Positions 28,724-38,456 of a stretch of 64,000 nucleotides of DNA are shown piece after piece. The DNA is from an uncultured Gemmatimonadaceae bacterium (GTDB lineage Bacteria > Gemmatimonadota > Gemmatimonadetes > Gemmatimonadales > Gemmatimonadaceae). Under the pieces are notes generated by a model, which was not told the origin of the DNA, ran no database searches, and saw only the letters and a list, made by a program, of their open reading frames with translations. The position numbers and the translations under genes were made by a program. Numbering within the stretch: the stretch's first letter is position 1; every line of letters starts with the position of its first letter. Location of the stretch: the NCBI GenBank assembly GCA_963790305.1, contig CAWBOC010000009.1:800001-864000 (forward strand). Reading direction: 5' to 3'.

Positions 28724-28817
28724 CGTCTCGATGAACGGTTGGTCCCGGAAGGGGGCACCTAACTTGCCAGAACCCCCTTCGATCGCTCCAACGGAGCGCA
28801 AACCCTCGGAGGCATGA

Positions 28818-28997
28818 ATGTCTTCGTTCTCGACGTACATCATTGGCTTCATCATTCTCATCATTGGTCTGGCGCTGGCGGCCTATCTGCTCAACGTGCC
28901 GGCAATGTGGATCGCCGTGGGAGTGGTGGTCCTGATCGGGATCGGGGTGCTTATGGCCACGAGCAGGACCAAGCCGCGAGATCCGCCGGCTGTGTAA
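28818..28997 (+). CDS. 59-aa two-helix membrane protein (not in ORF track)
   Basis: MSSFSTYIIGFIILIIGLALAAYLLNVPAMWIAVGVVVLIGIGVLMATSRTKPRDPPAV; GGAGG at 28808-28812. Confidence 0.8.
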   Translation: MSSFSTYIIGFIILIIGLALAAYLLNVPAMWIAVGVVVLIGIGVLMATSRTKPRDPPAV

Positions 28998-28998
28998 C

Positions 28999-29142
28999 TA
29001 GGGGTCAGGAGTCAGGAGTCAGGGGTCAGGGAAGGAAAGGCGCGGCAGCTTCGCTGCCGCGCTCATCGGATGAGGGCCGCTGGCGCGAAGCGCCGCGGCC
29101 CCTTTCCTTCCCCGACCCCTGACTCCTGACTCCAGACCCCTA
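28999..29142. repeat. Family A element, copy A4, with a three-hairpin interior
   Basis: TAGGGGTCAGGAGTCAGG...CTCCAGACCCCTA arms enclosing three internal palindromes. Confidence 0.9.
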
Positions 29143-29279
29143 ACCTTTGATCCGCCAGATCCCCGGTTAACAACGCCACAGTTGACCTTTCAATGCCGGC
29201 GCTATTATCCTGCGCGTCCCCGACTGAGCTAGCCTGCACGACGGCCAACCGGCCCACACCATCACCTTCCATGTAAGGG

Positions 29280-30179
29280 GTGTGTATGCAGCATGTGACG
29301 GAGAGCAGGTCCAAAGGTTACTTCCGTTCCTCTCCCTCCACCGCTTTCGACCAATACCTCCAGGACATTCAAAAGCTTCCTCTCATCGAGGACCCCGAAG
29401 AAGAGCGGCGACTCGCCCGCCGCGCGCAGAAGGGTGACGAGAAAGCCGCCGAGCGGCTCGTCACGGCGAACCTCAGATTCGTCATCTCGTACGTCAAGAA
29501 ATACCAGGGTCACGGCCTCGACCTCTCCGAGCTCGTTGCCATCGGCAACGAAGGACTCCTCAAGGCCGTCAAGAAATTCGATCCCGACCAGGGCGTGAAG
29601 TTCATCTCGTACGCCGTCTGGTGGGTTCGTCAGGCAGTGCTCAAGGCGCTCGCCGAGCAGACCCGATCCGTCCGCATCCCCCTCAATCAGAATTCGCAGC
29701 TCATCAAGCTCGCGCGCGCCGAAACGGTGCTCGCGCAGGTGCTGAAGCGCGATCCGACCGACAATGAGATCGGCCGGCTGATCGAGGAGACGCCCGACCA
29801 GGTGCGGGCTGCGCGCCAAATGTCCGCCACCGAAGTCTCGCTCGACGCTCCCATCGATCGCTCCGACCGCGAAGCCTCGACGCTCGGTGAGCGCTTCGTC
29901 GGCGTCGACGGCCGCGACATCGAGGACGTCACCGACTTCAAGCTGATGCGCGAGTTCATCGACCGCGTCTTCACCAAGTACCTCACCCCTCGCGAGCGGA
30001 AGATCCTCTACCTGTATTACGGGCTCGAGGAAGGCTCCGAGGCAATGACACTCGAAAAGATCGGCGCGCTCATGGGCGTCACGCGCGAGCGGATTCGTCA
30101 GATCCGGGAGCGTGCATTCGAGAAGCTGCGGGAGTCGCCCGACGGCCGGGCGCTGGCTGGATTCTGGAATTTCGCCTGA
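29280..30179 (+). CDS. RNA polymerase sigma-70 family factor (RpoD/RpoS-like, lacking region 1.1)
   Basis: ANLRFV, KFISYAVWW, RSVRIP, SLDAP, TRERIRQI. Confidence 0.93.
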   Translation: MCMQHVTESRSKGYFRSSPSTAFDQYLQDIQKLPLIEDPEEERRLARRAQKGDEKAAERLVTANLRFVISYVKKYQGHGLDLSELVAIGNEGLLKAVKKFDPDQGVKFISYAVWWVRQAVLKALAEQTRSVRIPLNQNSQLIKLARAETVLAQVLKRDPTDNEIGRLIEETPDQVRAARQMSATEVSLDAPIDRSDREASTLGERFVGVDGRDIEDVTDFKLMREFIDRVFTKYLTPRERKILYLYYGLEEGSEAMTLEKIGALMGVTRERIRQIRERAFEKLRESPDGRALAGFWNFA

Positions 30180-30195
30180 CCGGTCGTCAGCCTGA

Positions 30196-30235
30196 CGAGA
30201 GGCGGGGGCTCGGCAATGCCGGGCCCCCGCTCTCG
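30196..30235 (+). terminator. GC-rich hairpin downstream of the sigma factor gene
   Basis: CGAGAGGCGGGGGCTCGGC-AAT-GCCGGGCCCCCGCTCTCG; no clear U-tract. Confidence 0.45.
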
Positions 30236-30254
30236 CATTCGGCACTCTCGCGTT

Positions 30255-30680
30255 ATGTTGGGCACCGTGAGCTCCGAGCTGAATGCGCCGGCGAAGCCCA
30301 GCGTCCTCGTCATCGATGACGAGTCGACGATTCGCGCCGCGCTCCGCCGCTACTTCAAGCGTCGCGACTGGATCTTCGACGAAGCCGAAGATGGCGCGCG
30401 CGGGCTCGAGAAGATCCTCGCGCCGGGCGGCGACTATACCGCCATCATCTCCGATCTGCGCATGCCGGGCATGTCGGGAATGGCGCTTCACGACGAGCTG
30501 GCGGAGCGACGCCCCGAGCTGCTCGACCGGCTGGTGTTCTCGACCGGCGACGTCACCTCCAAGGACACGGCCGAGTTCGTGCAACGCACGCGATGCATCA
30601 TCCTCGAGAAGCCGTTCGAGTTGAGCAAGCTGGGTGAGACCCTCGAGCGCATACGGACCGCTACACCGCCTCGCCCCTGA
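30255..30680 (+). CDS. Single-domain response regulator
   Basis: VLVIDDE, SDLRMPGMSG, LEKPF; start codon uncertain. Confidence 0.85.
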   Translation: MLGTVSSELNAPAKPSVLVIDDESTIRAALRRYFKRRDWIFDEAEDGARGLEKILAPGGDYTAIISDLRMPGMSGMALHDELAERRPELLDRLVFSTGDVTSKDTAEFVQRTRCIILEKPFELSKLGETLERIRTATPPRP

Positions 30681-31564
30681 CCGCCACCAGTCTTCCGCTG
30701 CTCATCAACGCCTCCGCGCCGCGCGCGCGAGAGGTGACCGAGGCCGTCCACAAGAGCGGGCTCTCGATCGAGGCGCGCGAGCTGCCCGCCGGGGAGCTGG
30801 GGCGCACGATCGAGGAGCTGGCGAAGAACGGCGTTAGGCGCGTGGCCGTCGCTGGGGGAGACGGCACCATTGCGATCGCTGCCGGCCTCGCGTCGAAGCT
30901 CTCCTTCGAGCTCGCCGTGATCCCGGGTGGAACGCTCAACCACCTTGCCACCGACCTCGGCATCCCGGACTCGCTCGAGGAGGCGCTGCGCGTGGCGATC
31001 ACCGGAGATGCACGACCGATCGACGCCGCCACCGTGAATGGCCAGCTCTTTCTGAACACCAGCTCGGTCGGCACGTACGTCACATTCGTCCGCATGCGGG
31101 ACCGCCTCGAGCGCTACCTTGGCTACCGGATTGCGAGCCTCGTGGCGGGCATTCGTCTCCTCCTTCGTCCGCGACTCTTCACCGTCGAGGTCGAGGTCGA
31201 AGGCCAAATGCGATCCGCCGTGACACCCCTCGTGTTCATCGGCGTCGGCGAGCGCGAGCTGAAGCTCCCGACACTCGGCGGCCGCGCGAAAGACGGCCGG
31301 CGTGGATTGCACCTGATGATCGTTCGCGGTCGATCCCCCGCGCGAATAGCGGCGCTGGCCTTCGCCGCGGCGGCACGCGGAACGCGATCTGCCGCGCAGA
31401 GTCCCGCACTCGACGCGTTCGTGGTAAATCGACTGACGATTCGAATGCGCCGCCCCCGAGGAAACGTCGCGACCAATGGCGAGCTTCACGCGATGTCGAG
31501 TCCGCTCGAGTATCGGTGGGTGCCGGGCGCGGTGAAGGTGGTACACCCGAGGTCGTCGAAGTAG
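30677..31564 (+). CDS. Diacylglycerol kinase-family protein (second copy); start probably upstream of 30734
   Basis: GGDGT, PGGTLNH; in-frame upstream LPLLINASA strand begins at CTG 30677. Confidence 0.8.
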   Translation: MTATSLPLLINASAPRAREVTEAVHKSGLSIEARELPAGELGRTIEELAKNGVRRVAVAGGDGTIAIAAGLASKLSFELAVIPGGTLNHLATDLGIPDSLEEALRVAITGDARPIDAATVNGQLFLNTSSVGTYVTFVRMRDRLERYLGYRIASLVAGIRLLLRPRLFTVEVEVEGQMRSAVTPLVFIGVGERELKLPTLGGRAKDGRRGLHLMIVRGRSPARIAALAFAAAARGTRSAAQSPALDAFVVNRLTIRMRRPRGNVATNGELHAMSSPLEYRWVPGAVKVVHPRSSK

Positions 31565-31670
31565 TCGAGGTCGTCGAGGTGAGCAAGGGAACGTCGTCGC
31601 CTCGATTACCTCGACGACCTCGACACCCTCGACGACCTCACATTGACCACCTCGAGCACCTCGAGCACCT
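31548..31670. repeat. Family C element, copy C2
   Basis: GAGGTCGTCGAAGTAGTCGAGGTCGTCGAGG...CCTCGACGACCTCGACACCCTCGACGACCTC; supplies the kinase stop codon. Confidence 0.88.
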
Positions 31671-31676
31671 TTAGAA

Positions 31677-32345
31677 GTGGCCGCGCGCACACTTCCGATC
31701 TTCCCGCTGCCGCTGGTCCTCTTCCCAGGCGTCACGATCCCGCTGCACATCTTCGAGCCACGGTACCGCCGAATGCTCGCGGATTGTCTCGAGCGTGATC
31801 GGGACTTCGGCATCGTCTTCCTCGCCGAAGGAGCCTCCGAGGAGAGCCTTGGCATCGGCGGCGACGTCGGCTGCGTCGCGCACGTTCTGTCCCACGAAGA
31901 GCTGGCTGACGGGCGATCGAACATCTCCGTCGCGGGCCGGGATCGGTTCACCCTGCGCGCGTTCGTCGCCTCGCCACTGCCCTACCGCGTCGGGATGGTC
32001 GTGCCGTACGAGGACACGCCGGAGCCGGTGGCGTTGCTGGAGCCGTTGGCTACGCGTGTGCGGGAGCGCTTCGAGCGCATTGCGCACGCGGCACGCAAGA
32101 TCTCGGATGACGACGATGCCATTCCCGAGCTGCCCGACGATCCGGCGCTGCTCGCCTTCCGCGTTGCGTCGTTCATCGACCTGAACGTCGCGGAGCGCCA
32201 GGGGCTGCTCGCGTCGACATCGCCGGGAGAGCGGCTGCGGACCGTCGACGGTGCGCTCGCGCCGGCGGTGGATCCCATGGAGCAGCGCGCCACCGTGCAT
32301 GAGCGCTCGAAAACGAACGGCCATGGCGGCGTTGCCCATCTCTAG
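31677..32345 (+). CDS. Lon N-terminal (substrate-binding) domain protein
   Basis: LPIFPLPLVLFPG...LHIFEPRYRRM. Confidence 0.92.
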   Translation: MAARTLPIFPLPLVLFPGVTIPLHIFEPRYRRMLADCLERDRDFGIVFLAEGASEESLGIGGDVGCVAHVLSHEELADGRSNISVAGRDRFTLRAFVASPLPYRVGMVVPYEDTPEPVALLEPLATRVRERFERIAHAARKISDDDDAIPELPDDPALLAFRVASFIDLNVAERQGLLASTSPGERLRTVDGALAPAVDPMEQRATVHERSKTNGHGGVAHL

Positions 32346-33807
32346 CGCGGCGGAGGCCGCGCTCTCGCCGCAGCTCGAGCGCGCTGCCGCTCGCCTCGCA
32401 TCGATCGTGGGCCCGAAATCGATTCTCTCGCGCCCGAGCGAGCTCGTCACCTACAGTGCCGACGGCCTGCCCTTCTATCGCAAGCGGCCGGCGCTCGCCG
32501 TGTTCCCCGAGACGCGCGAGGAGCTCATCGCCATCGTGCGCGCGCTGGCGCAGGAGGGCGTTCCCTTCGTGCCGCGCGGCGCGGGCACCGGACTCTCTGG
32601 CGGCGCGCTCGCCGAGAACGACGCGGTGGTGATCGGCCTCAACCGGCTGCGGCGCATCATCTCGATCGATCCGGAGAATCGGCGCGCTGTCGTCGAGCCC
32701 GGGGCGGTGAACGCGGCGCTCACGCGGGCGGTGAGCACCTACGGTCTGCATTACGCGCCCGATCCTTCCAGCCAAACGGCCTGCACGATCGGTGGCAACG
32801 TCGCCGAGAATGCCGGCGGTCCGCACTGTCTGAAGTACGGCGTGACGCTGAATCATGTCATCGCACTGACGGTCATCCTTCCCGATGGTGAGCTCGTTTC
32901 GTTAGGGTCGACCGAGGGAGAGAGCGACGGATACGACATGCTCGGCGCCTTCGTCGGCTCCGAGGGGTGCTTCGGCGTCGCCGTCGACGTGACCGTCCGC
33001 CTGGTCAAGAACCCCGAGGCCGTGCGCACGCTGCTCGCCGATTACACCGCCATCGTCGACGCCGCACGGGCCGTGTCGGCGATCATCGCATCCGGCGTCG
33101 TACCGGCGGCGATGGAGATGATGGACGGCCCGACGATTCGCGCCGTCGAAGCGTCGATCTACGCCGCGGGGTACCCGGTCGATGCCGATGCCGTGCTCCT
33201 CGTCGAGCTCGACGGGCTTGCGGCGGGACTCGAGGAAGACGTCGCGCTCGTCGAGCGCCTCTGTCGTGAAGCGGGCGCGCGATCGGTTCGCGTCGCGCGC
33301 GATGAGGCCGAGCGTGCACGTCTCTGGCAGGGACGAAAGAAGGCGTTCGGCGCGATGGGACGCATTTCGCCCGACCTCGTCGTCCAGGACGCCGTCGTCC
33401 CCCGCACGCGGCTGCCGGAGATTCTGGCGGAGATTCATCGCATTGCGCAGGAGACGGGCGTCATGGTCTGCAACGTCTTCCATGCCGGTGATGGAAATCT
33501 GCATCCCAACATTGCGTACGACGCGCGGGACGCCGAGGCGACGGCGCGTGTCCATCACGCGATGCGCGCGATCATGCGCGCATGTATTGCGGCCGGAGGA
33601 ACGATCACCGGCGAGCATGGCGTGGGACTCGACAAGCTCGACTACATGCCGCTCGTGTTCACCGAGGACACGCTCGAGGCCATGTGTCGCCTCCGCGACG
33701 TATTCGACCCCGAGCGTCGCGCCAATCCGGGCAAGGTCGTGCCGGTGCGGTCCTGCCGCGAGTGGCACATGGCGCCGAACGTGAGTCGTGAGGCATCGTC
33801 GGTATGA
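32323..33807 (+). CDS. glcD: Glycolate oxidase FAD subunit
   Basis: PRGAGTGLSGGA, PDPSSQ, ENAGGPHCLKYG, HAGDGNLHP, GEHGVG. Confidence 0.88.
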   Translation: MAALPISSAAEAALSPQLERAAARLASIVGPKSILSRPSELVTYSADGLPFYRKRPALAVFPETREELIAIVRALAQEGVPFVPRGAGTGLSGGALAENDAVVIGLNRLRRIISIDPENRRAVVEPGAVNAALTRAVSTYGLHYAPDPSSQTACTIGGNVAENAGGPHCLKYGVTLNHVIALTVILPDGELVSLGSTEGESDGYDMLGAFVGSEGCFGVAVDVTVRLVKNPEAVRTLLADYTAIVDAARAVSAIIASGVVPAAMEMMDGPTIRAVEASIYAAGYPVDADAVLLVELDGLAAGLEEDVALVERLCREAGARSVRVARDEAERARLWQGRKKAFGAMGRISPDLVVQDAVVPRTRLPEILAEIHRIAQETGVMVCNVFHAGDGNLHPNIAYDARDAEATARVHHAMRAIMRACIAAGGTITGEHGVGLDKLDYMPLVFTEDTLEAMCRLRDVFDPERRANPGKVVPVRSCREWHMAPNVSREASSV

Positions 33808-34919
33808 GCGCGAACGAGGTGCGCGACGCGGTGCGCGACGCAGCAGCCGCTCGCGCGACGCTGCGCATCGCCGGCAGCGGAACGTGGCTCGACGCGGGAC
33901 GACCGGTCGAGGCGTCCCGCACGCTCTCGCTCTCGCATCTCACCGGTGTCGTGCATTACGAGCCGGGTGACTTCACCCTCACCGCTCGCGCGGGGACGAC
34001 GCTCGCCGAGCTTGCGAGCGCGACACTTCCCCACCGGCAGTTCCTTTCGCTCGACCCCTTCGGGGACCCCAACGGTACGCTGGGCGCGACAGTCGCAACG
34101 GGCGCCAACGGTCCAATGGCGTATGCATTCGGCGGTCCGCGCGACAACGTCATCGGTCTCGAGGCCGTGACTGGTGACGGGGCCGTTGTGCGATGCGGCG
34201 GCCGCGTCGTCAAGAACGTCGCCGGCTTCGACCTCACCCGCCTCTTCACCGGCTCCTGGGGGACGCTCGGCGTCGTCACGGAAGTCAGCGTTCGGCTTCG
34301 TGCGCTTCCGCAGGTGGACGAAACATACTCGATTACGGTGGACGACCTGCCCGGGAAGATCGGTGAGCTCATCGCAGGGATTCGGTTCGTTTCCATCGCT
34401 CCGCTCGCCATGGAGCTCATCTCTCCGAGCCCTGCCTTACGAGTCACCACCCCCACGCTACTCGTCAGGCTCGGAGGGAACGCAACGTCAGTGCGTGCCC
34501 AACGGCGCGTTCTCGCGGGCTTCGGGGATGTTCAGCAAGCGTCGCCAGACGTCTGGCGCCTCCTGCAAGGGGCGGAGCCGGCAGCTGCGATCGTCGCGCG
34601 CGTGTCGACGCGTCCCTCGCGCATGATTGACGGCTGGACGCAGGCCCGGGAGGCGGTCGAGAGTGCCTCCGGCGCGGTGTTGATCGCGTCGGTGGGGCGC
34701 GGTGTCGTCCGCTGCATCGTTCCCGCGGATGCGCACGACGCCGCCCGCAAGCTCGCGCGCTGCGATGCGACGGTGATCTTCGAGCGACTGCCCGCCGAGT
34801 TGTGGAGCGAGCTCGCGCCATCGCCGGTGAGCGATCGCCTCTCGCGCAGCGTGAAGGACCGCTTCGACCCATCGCACGTGCTCAATCCCGGCGTGCTCGG
34901 CGAGGCCGTCCCCCGATGA
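33804..34919 (+). CDS. glcE: Glycolate oxidase subunit
   Basis: GGRVVKNVAGFDL, GSWGTLG, FDP..VLNPG; between glcD and glcF. Confidence 0.88.
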   Translation: MSANEVRDAVRDAAAARATLRIAGSGTWLDAGRPVEASRTLSLSHLTGVVHYEPGDFTLTARAGTTLAELASATLPHRQFLSLDPFGDPNGTLGATVATGANGPMAYAFGGPRDNVIGLEAVTGDGAVVRCGGRVVKNVAGFDLTRLFTGSWGTLGVVTEVSVRLRALPQVDETYSITVDDLPGKIGELIAGIRFVSIAPLAMELISPSPALRVTTPTLLVRLGGNATSVRAQRRVLAGFGDVQQASPDVWRLLQGAEPAAAIVARVSTRPSRMIDGWTQAREAVESASGAVLIASVGRGVVRCIVPADAHDAARKLARCDATVIFERLPAELWSELAPSPVSDRLSRSVKDRFDPSHVLNPGVLGEAVPR

Positions 34920-36187
34920 CCGCCGCCGTGGGACCCTCGTGCGCGCTCCCCAACACGCCGCTCGCCGCCGCGGTGCCGGGGATCATGACCTGCGTTCACT
35001 GCGGCTTCTGTCTTCAGGCGTGCCCCACGTATCTCGCGCTCGGAGACGAGAATGACTCGCCGCGAGGGCGTATTCTCCTCATGCGGTCGCTCGTCGAGGG
35101 AACGCTCGGCATCGATGATCCGGACGTTCACACCCACATTGATCAGTGCCTCGGATGCCGGGGATGCGAGACCGCGTGCCCTTCCGGAGTTCCATACGGG
35201 CACCTGCTCGAGGCGACGCGCGCAACCTTGGCGCTCGCCCGGCCGCTGCCGCTCGTGGCTCGTCTCATTCTGCGGGTCTTCGAGCGGCCGCGCCTCCTCG
35301 CGCTCATACTCGCTGGTGCGCGGCTGTTGCGGGCAACGCGGCTGCCGCGGCTCCTCGGCCGACTCCCAGGACGTATCGGGTTCTCGATGGGGATGCTCGC
35401 GGCCACCGAGGGACGTGTCGATCGGCGAGCGTACACGCGGCGGGGCACCGGCGCACGAGGGGCCACCGCGATTCTCGAAGGCTGCGTTATGCAGGGCCTG
35501 TACGGCGAGACGAATCGCGCGACTGCGCGCACGCTGCGGGCGAACGACTACGACGTCATCGACGTCGAGGGTCAGCAATGCTGCGGCGCGCTGCATGCCC
35601 ACGCCGGTGACCTGGAGGGCGCGCGGCGCCTCGCGCGCATCAACGTCGCGGCGTTCGAGCGCTCAGGAGCTGCCTACATTGCGGTGAACGCGGCCGGATG
35701 CGGCGCGATGATGAAGGAGTATGGCCATCTCCTCGCCGACGATCCGGAGTGGGCGGTCCGCGCCGCGGCCGTGAGCGCGAGGGTGCGCGATGCGACGGAG
35801 CTGCTCGCCGAGGCGGGTCCGGCGCCAGGCGCTCCGATGCCGATGGCCGTGACCTACGACGCGCCATGTCACCTGTTGCATGCTCAACGGCTCATCCGGC
35901 CCCCGCTGGCTGTGCTCGGCGCCATTCCGAGCCTCGAGCTGATTCAGTTGACCGATTCCGACCAGTGCTGCGGCGCGGCGGGCATCTACAACCTGCTGGA
36001 GCCCGAGGTGTCGGCCCTCGTGCTCGAGCCGAAGCTCGCCCACATCGGCGCTACCGGCGCTGAGCTGGTCGTCACCGGCAATCCGGGCTGTCAGATGCAG
36101 ATCGGCGCGGGAATGCTGCGCACCCGAACAGGTCGCGGCACCGTGCACCCGATCGATCTTCTGGATGCGTCCTACTCGCGGCTGTAG
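34916..36187 (+). CDS. glcF: Glycolate oxidase Fe-S subunit
   Basis: CVHCGFCLQACPTY, DSPRGRI, CLGCRGCETACP, two CCG domains. Confidence 0.9.
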   Translation: MTAAVGPSCALPNTPLAAAVPGIMTCVHCGFCLQACPTYLALGDENDSPRGRILLMRSLVEGTLGIDDPDVHTHIDQCLGCRGCETACPSGVPYGHLLEATRATLALARPLPLVARLILRVFERPRLLALILAGARLLRATRLPRLLGRLPGRIGFSMGMLAATEGRVDRRAYTRRGTGARGATAILEGCVMQGLYGETNRATARTLRANDYDVIDVEGQQCCGALHAHAGDLEGARRLARINVAAFERSGAAYIAVNAAGCGAMMKEYGHLLADDPEWAVRAAAVSARVRDATELLAEAGPAPGAPMPMAVTYDAPCHLLHAQRLIRPPLAVLGAIPSLELIQLTDSDQCCGAAGIYNLLEPEVSALVLEPKLAHIGATGAELVVTGNPGCQMQIGAGMLRTRTGRGTVHPIDLLDASYSRL

Positions 36188-36211
36188 CGCTCATGCGCGA
36201 GTCCGATAGAT

Positions 36212-36362
36212 TGCAGAATGCAGAATGCAGAATGCGGAATGCGGAATGCGGATTACAAATGTGGACTGCCAGTCGCGAAGCAGCTTGACGTGCTCCGCTC
36301 GCAGTGCGCACTCGCGTTCCGGATTCCGGATTCCGGATTCCGCATTCCGCATCCCGCATTCG
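36212..36362. repeat. Family B element, copy B3
   Basis: (GCAGAAT)3(GCGGAAT)2 ... (TTCCGGA)3 TTCCGCATTCCGCAT. Confidence 0.9.
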
Positions 36363-36381
36363 TTTTTCTTGACCTAGGCGC

Positions 36382-37455
36382 ATGACCACCCCAGTGACCG
36401 GCGGCACAGCGACGGCAGACGTCGGCGGACAAACCGTCGTGCTGCATTACGGCGACGCCGCGGAGGAGTACGCGGCGCTGCGGTCGGGTGCCATGCTCGT
36501 CGACCGGAGCGCGCGCGGACGTTTGCGCATTGGCGGCCCCAAGGCGACCGAGCTGATCACGGGGCTGGTGACGAACGACGTGAGCGCACTCATGCCCGGT
36601 CAGGGGTGCTACGCCGCCGCGCTCACGCCGAAGGGAAAGATCGTCGCCGACCTGCGCATCTTCTGCCTGCGCGACGCGCTGCTCATCGACTCACCGCCCC
36701 GCGCGCGCGAGGGCTGGATGTCGATGGTGCGGAAGTACATCAATCCACGCATCGCTCGCTTCGACGATGAGTCCGCCTCCACGCGCCAACTCGGCATCTT
36801 CGGCGCGCGTGCGCGCACCGCGCTGGCGACGGCCACCGGGCTCGACGTCGCGCAGCTCGGTGCGCTCCCTCGCTACGGGCATGTCGCGCTCGACCTTCCG
36901 GCCGGCGCCATCATCGCGCGCGTGCCGGAGCTCGAGCTCGAGGGCTACGAGATCATCGTTCCGGAGTCGGCGTTCGAGCCGCTCTGGGAGCGACTGCTCA
37001 CCGAGGGTGCGACCCCCGCCGGACTCGCCGCCTGGGACATCGCCCGCATCGAAGCCGGGCGTCCCGAGTGGGGAATCGACATCGACGACTCGACCATTCC
37101 CCAGGAAGCGAACTTCGACGACCTGCATGCGATCTCCTACACGAAAGGCTGCTACGTCGGCCAGGAGACCGTGGCGCGCGTCCACTTCCGCGGTCACGTC
37201 AACCGGGTGCTGCGCGGACTCATGATTCCGCAGGGACCGGTGGTTCGCGGCGCGCCGCTCGCCGATGCGCAGGCGAAGCCGGTTGGCGATGTCCGCAGCA
37301 CCACGCTGTCACCGCGGCTCGGCCCTATCGCACTGGCCATGGTTCGTCGCGAGGTCGAGCCGGGCGCGACGATCGAGGTGATCGTCGAATCGGACGCCGC
37401 CCAGCGCGTCGCGGTTCCCGCCCAGGTCGTTCGGCTCCCCTTCCCCATCGCGTGA
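36382..37455 (+). CDS. ygfZ: Folate-binding YgfZ/GcvT-family protein
   Basis: KGCYVGQE signature. Confidence 0.88.
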   Translation: MTTPVTGGTATADVGGQTVVLHYGDAAEEYAALRSGAMLVDRSARGRLRIGGPKATELITGLVTNDVSALMPGQGCYAAALTPKGKIVADLRIFCLRDALLIDSPPRAREGWMSMVRKYINPRIARFDDESASTRQLGIFGARARTALATATGLDVAQLGALPRYGHVALDLPAGAIIARVPELELEGYEIIVPESAFEPLWERLLTEGATPAGLAAWDIARIEAGRPEWGIDIDDSTIPQEANFDDLHAISYTKGCYVGQETVARVHFRGHVNRVLRGLMIPQGPVVRGAPLADAQAKPVGDVRSTTLSPRLGPIALAMVRREVEPGATIEVIVESDAAQRVAVPAQVVRLPFPIA

Positions 37456-38456
37456 GGCGAGCGCTCGTCACCGGGGCCACGGGTCTCGTCGGGTCGCACA
37501 TCGTCGAGCGGTTGCACGCAGATGGATGGAGCGTTCGCGCGCTGGTGCGCGACGCCGCACGCGCCAGCTGGCTTCAGCCGTTAGGCGCGGAGCTGTTCGT
37601 CGGCGACGTGCTCGACGCCGGCGCGTTCACACGCGCCGCCGCCGCGTGCGACGCCATCTTTCACTGCGCGGCGGCCATCCTGCCGGAGGTCGCGGAGTGG
37701 GAAGCGTATCGCGCGACCAACCTCGACGGCACGCGGAACGCGATCGCGGCCGCCCGCGCGGCGAATGCACGTCTCCTCCACGTGTCGAGCGTCGCCGTGT
37801 ACGGGGGCGCGAGCCGGTATCGAGACACGCCCACCGACGAGACTGTCGAGCTGCCACCGCTTCCCGAATCGGCGTTCTACGCACGGTCGAAGCGCGAGTC
37901 GGAGGCGATGGTCCTGGAGGCGCACCACCGAGGGGAGATCTGGGCGTGCGCCGTGCGACCCGATGTGATCTACGGCAGGCGTGACCGGCAGTTCGTCCCG
38001 CGCATTGGCAAGGTGATCGCGCGAGGCTTCTTTCCCTTGCTGGGGGGCGGCCGCTCGACCCTCGCCATCGTGCACGCGGGGAACGTCGCCGACGGTGCGG
38101 TGCGCGCCATCCACGCCGAGATCGCCGGCGGGAAGGCGTACAACCTCGCCAACGATTACGATGTCACGGTGCGCGACTTCGTGCGTCTGGCGGCACAGGG
38201 GCTCAGGCGGCGCGTGATACTCGTGCCCGTTCCGATGATTCTGGCGAAAGCGGTATTCAAGGTGATGACGATCCTGATCGGCGTGGCACGACGAGGTGCG
38301 GCACTCTCGCAGGCCGGGGGCGCGGTGGCATTCGTCTCCCGCAACAACCCGTTCTCCTCGGATCGAGCCAAGCGCGAGCTGGGCTGGACTCCTCCGGTTC
38401 GGCCAGAGGTTGGCATCCCAGAGGCGTTCCGCTGGTGGGCCGATCAGCGCGCATGA
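37452..38456 (+). CDS. NAD-dependent epimerase/dehydratase (extended SDR)
   Basis: VTGATGLVG, YARSK; GTG start overlapping the ygfZ stop. Confidence 0.9.
   Translation: MRRALVTGATGLVGSHIVERLHADGWSVRALVRDAARASWLQPLGAELFVGDVLDAGAFTRAAAACDAIFHCAAAILPEVAEWEAYRATNLDGTRNAIAAARAANARLLHVSSVAVYGGASRYRDTPTDETVELPPLPESAFYARSKRESEAMVLEAHHRGEIWACAVRPDVIYGRRDRQFVPRIGKVIARGFFPLLGGGRSTLAIVHAGNVADGAVRAIHAEIAGGKAYNLANDYDVTVRDFVRLAAQGLRRRVILVPVPMILAKAVFKVMTILIGVARRGAALSQAGGAVAFVSRNNPFSSDRAKRELGWTPPVRPEVGIPEAFRWWADQRA

Noticed and set aside
28814..29122. 102-aa ORF from the track
   Set aside because: Wrong frame; it runs through repeat A4, and the 28818..28997 frame has a better-spaced RBS and a sensible product
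29182..29211. Promoter upstream of the sigma factor gene (TTGACC...TATTAT/TATCCT)
   Set aside because: Spacing of 15 or 18 bp is ambiguous; not supportable without TSS data
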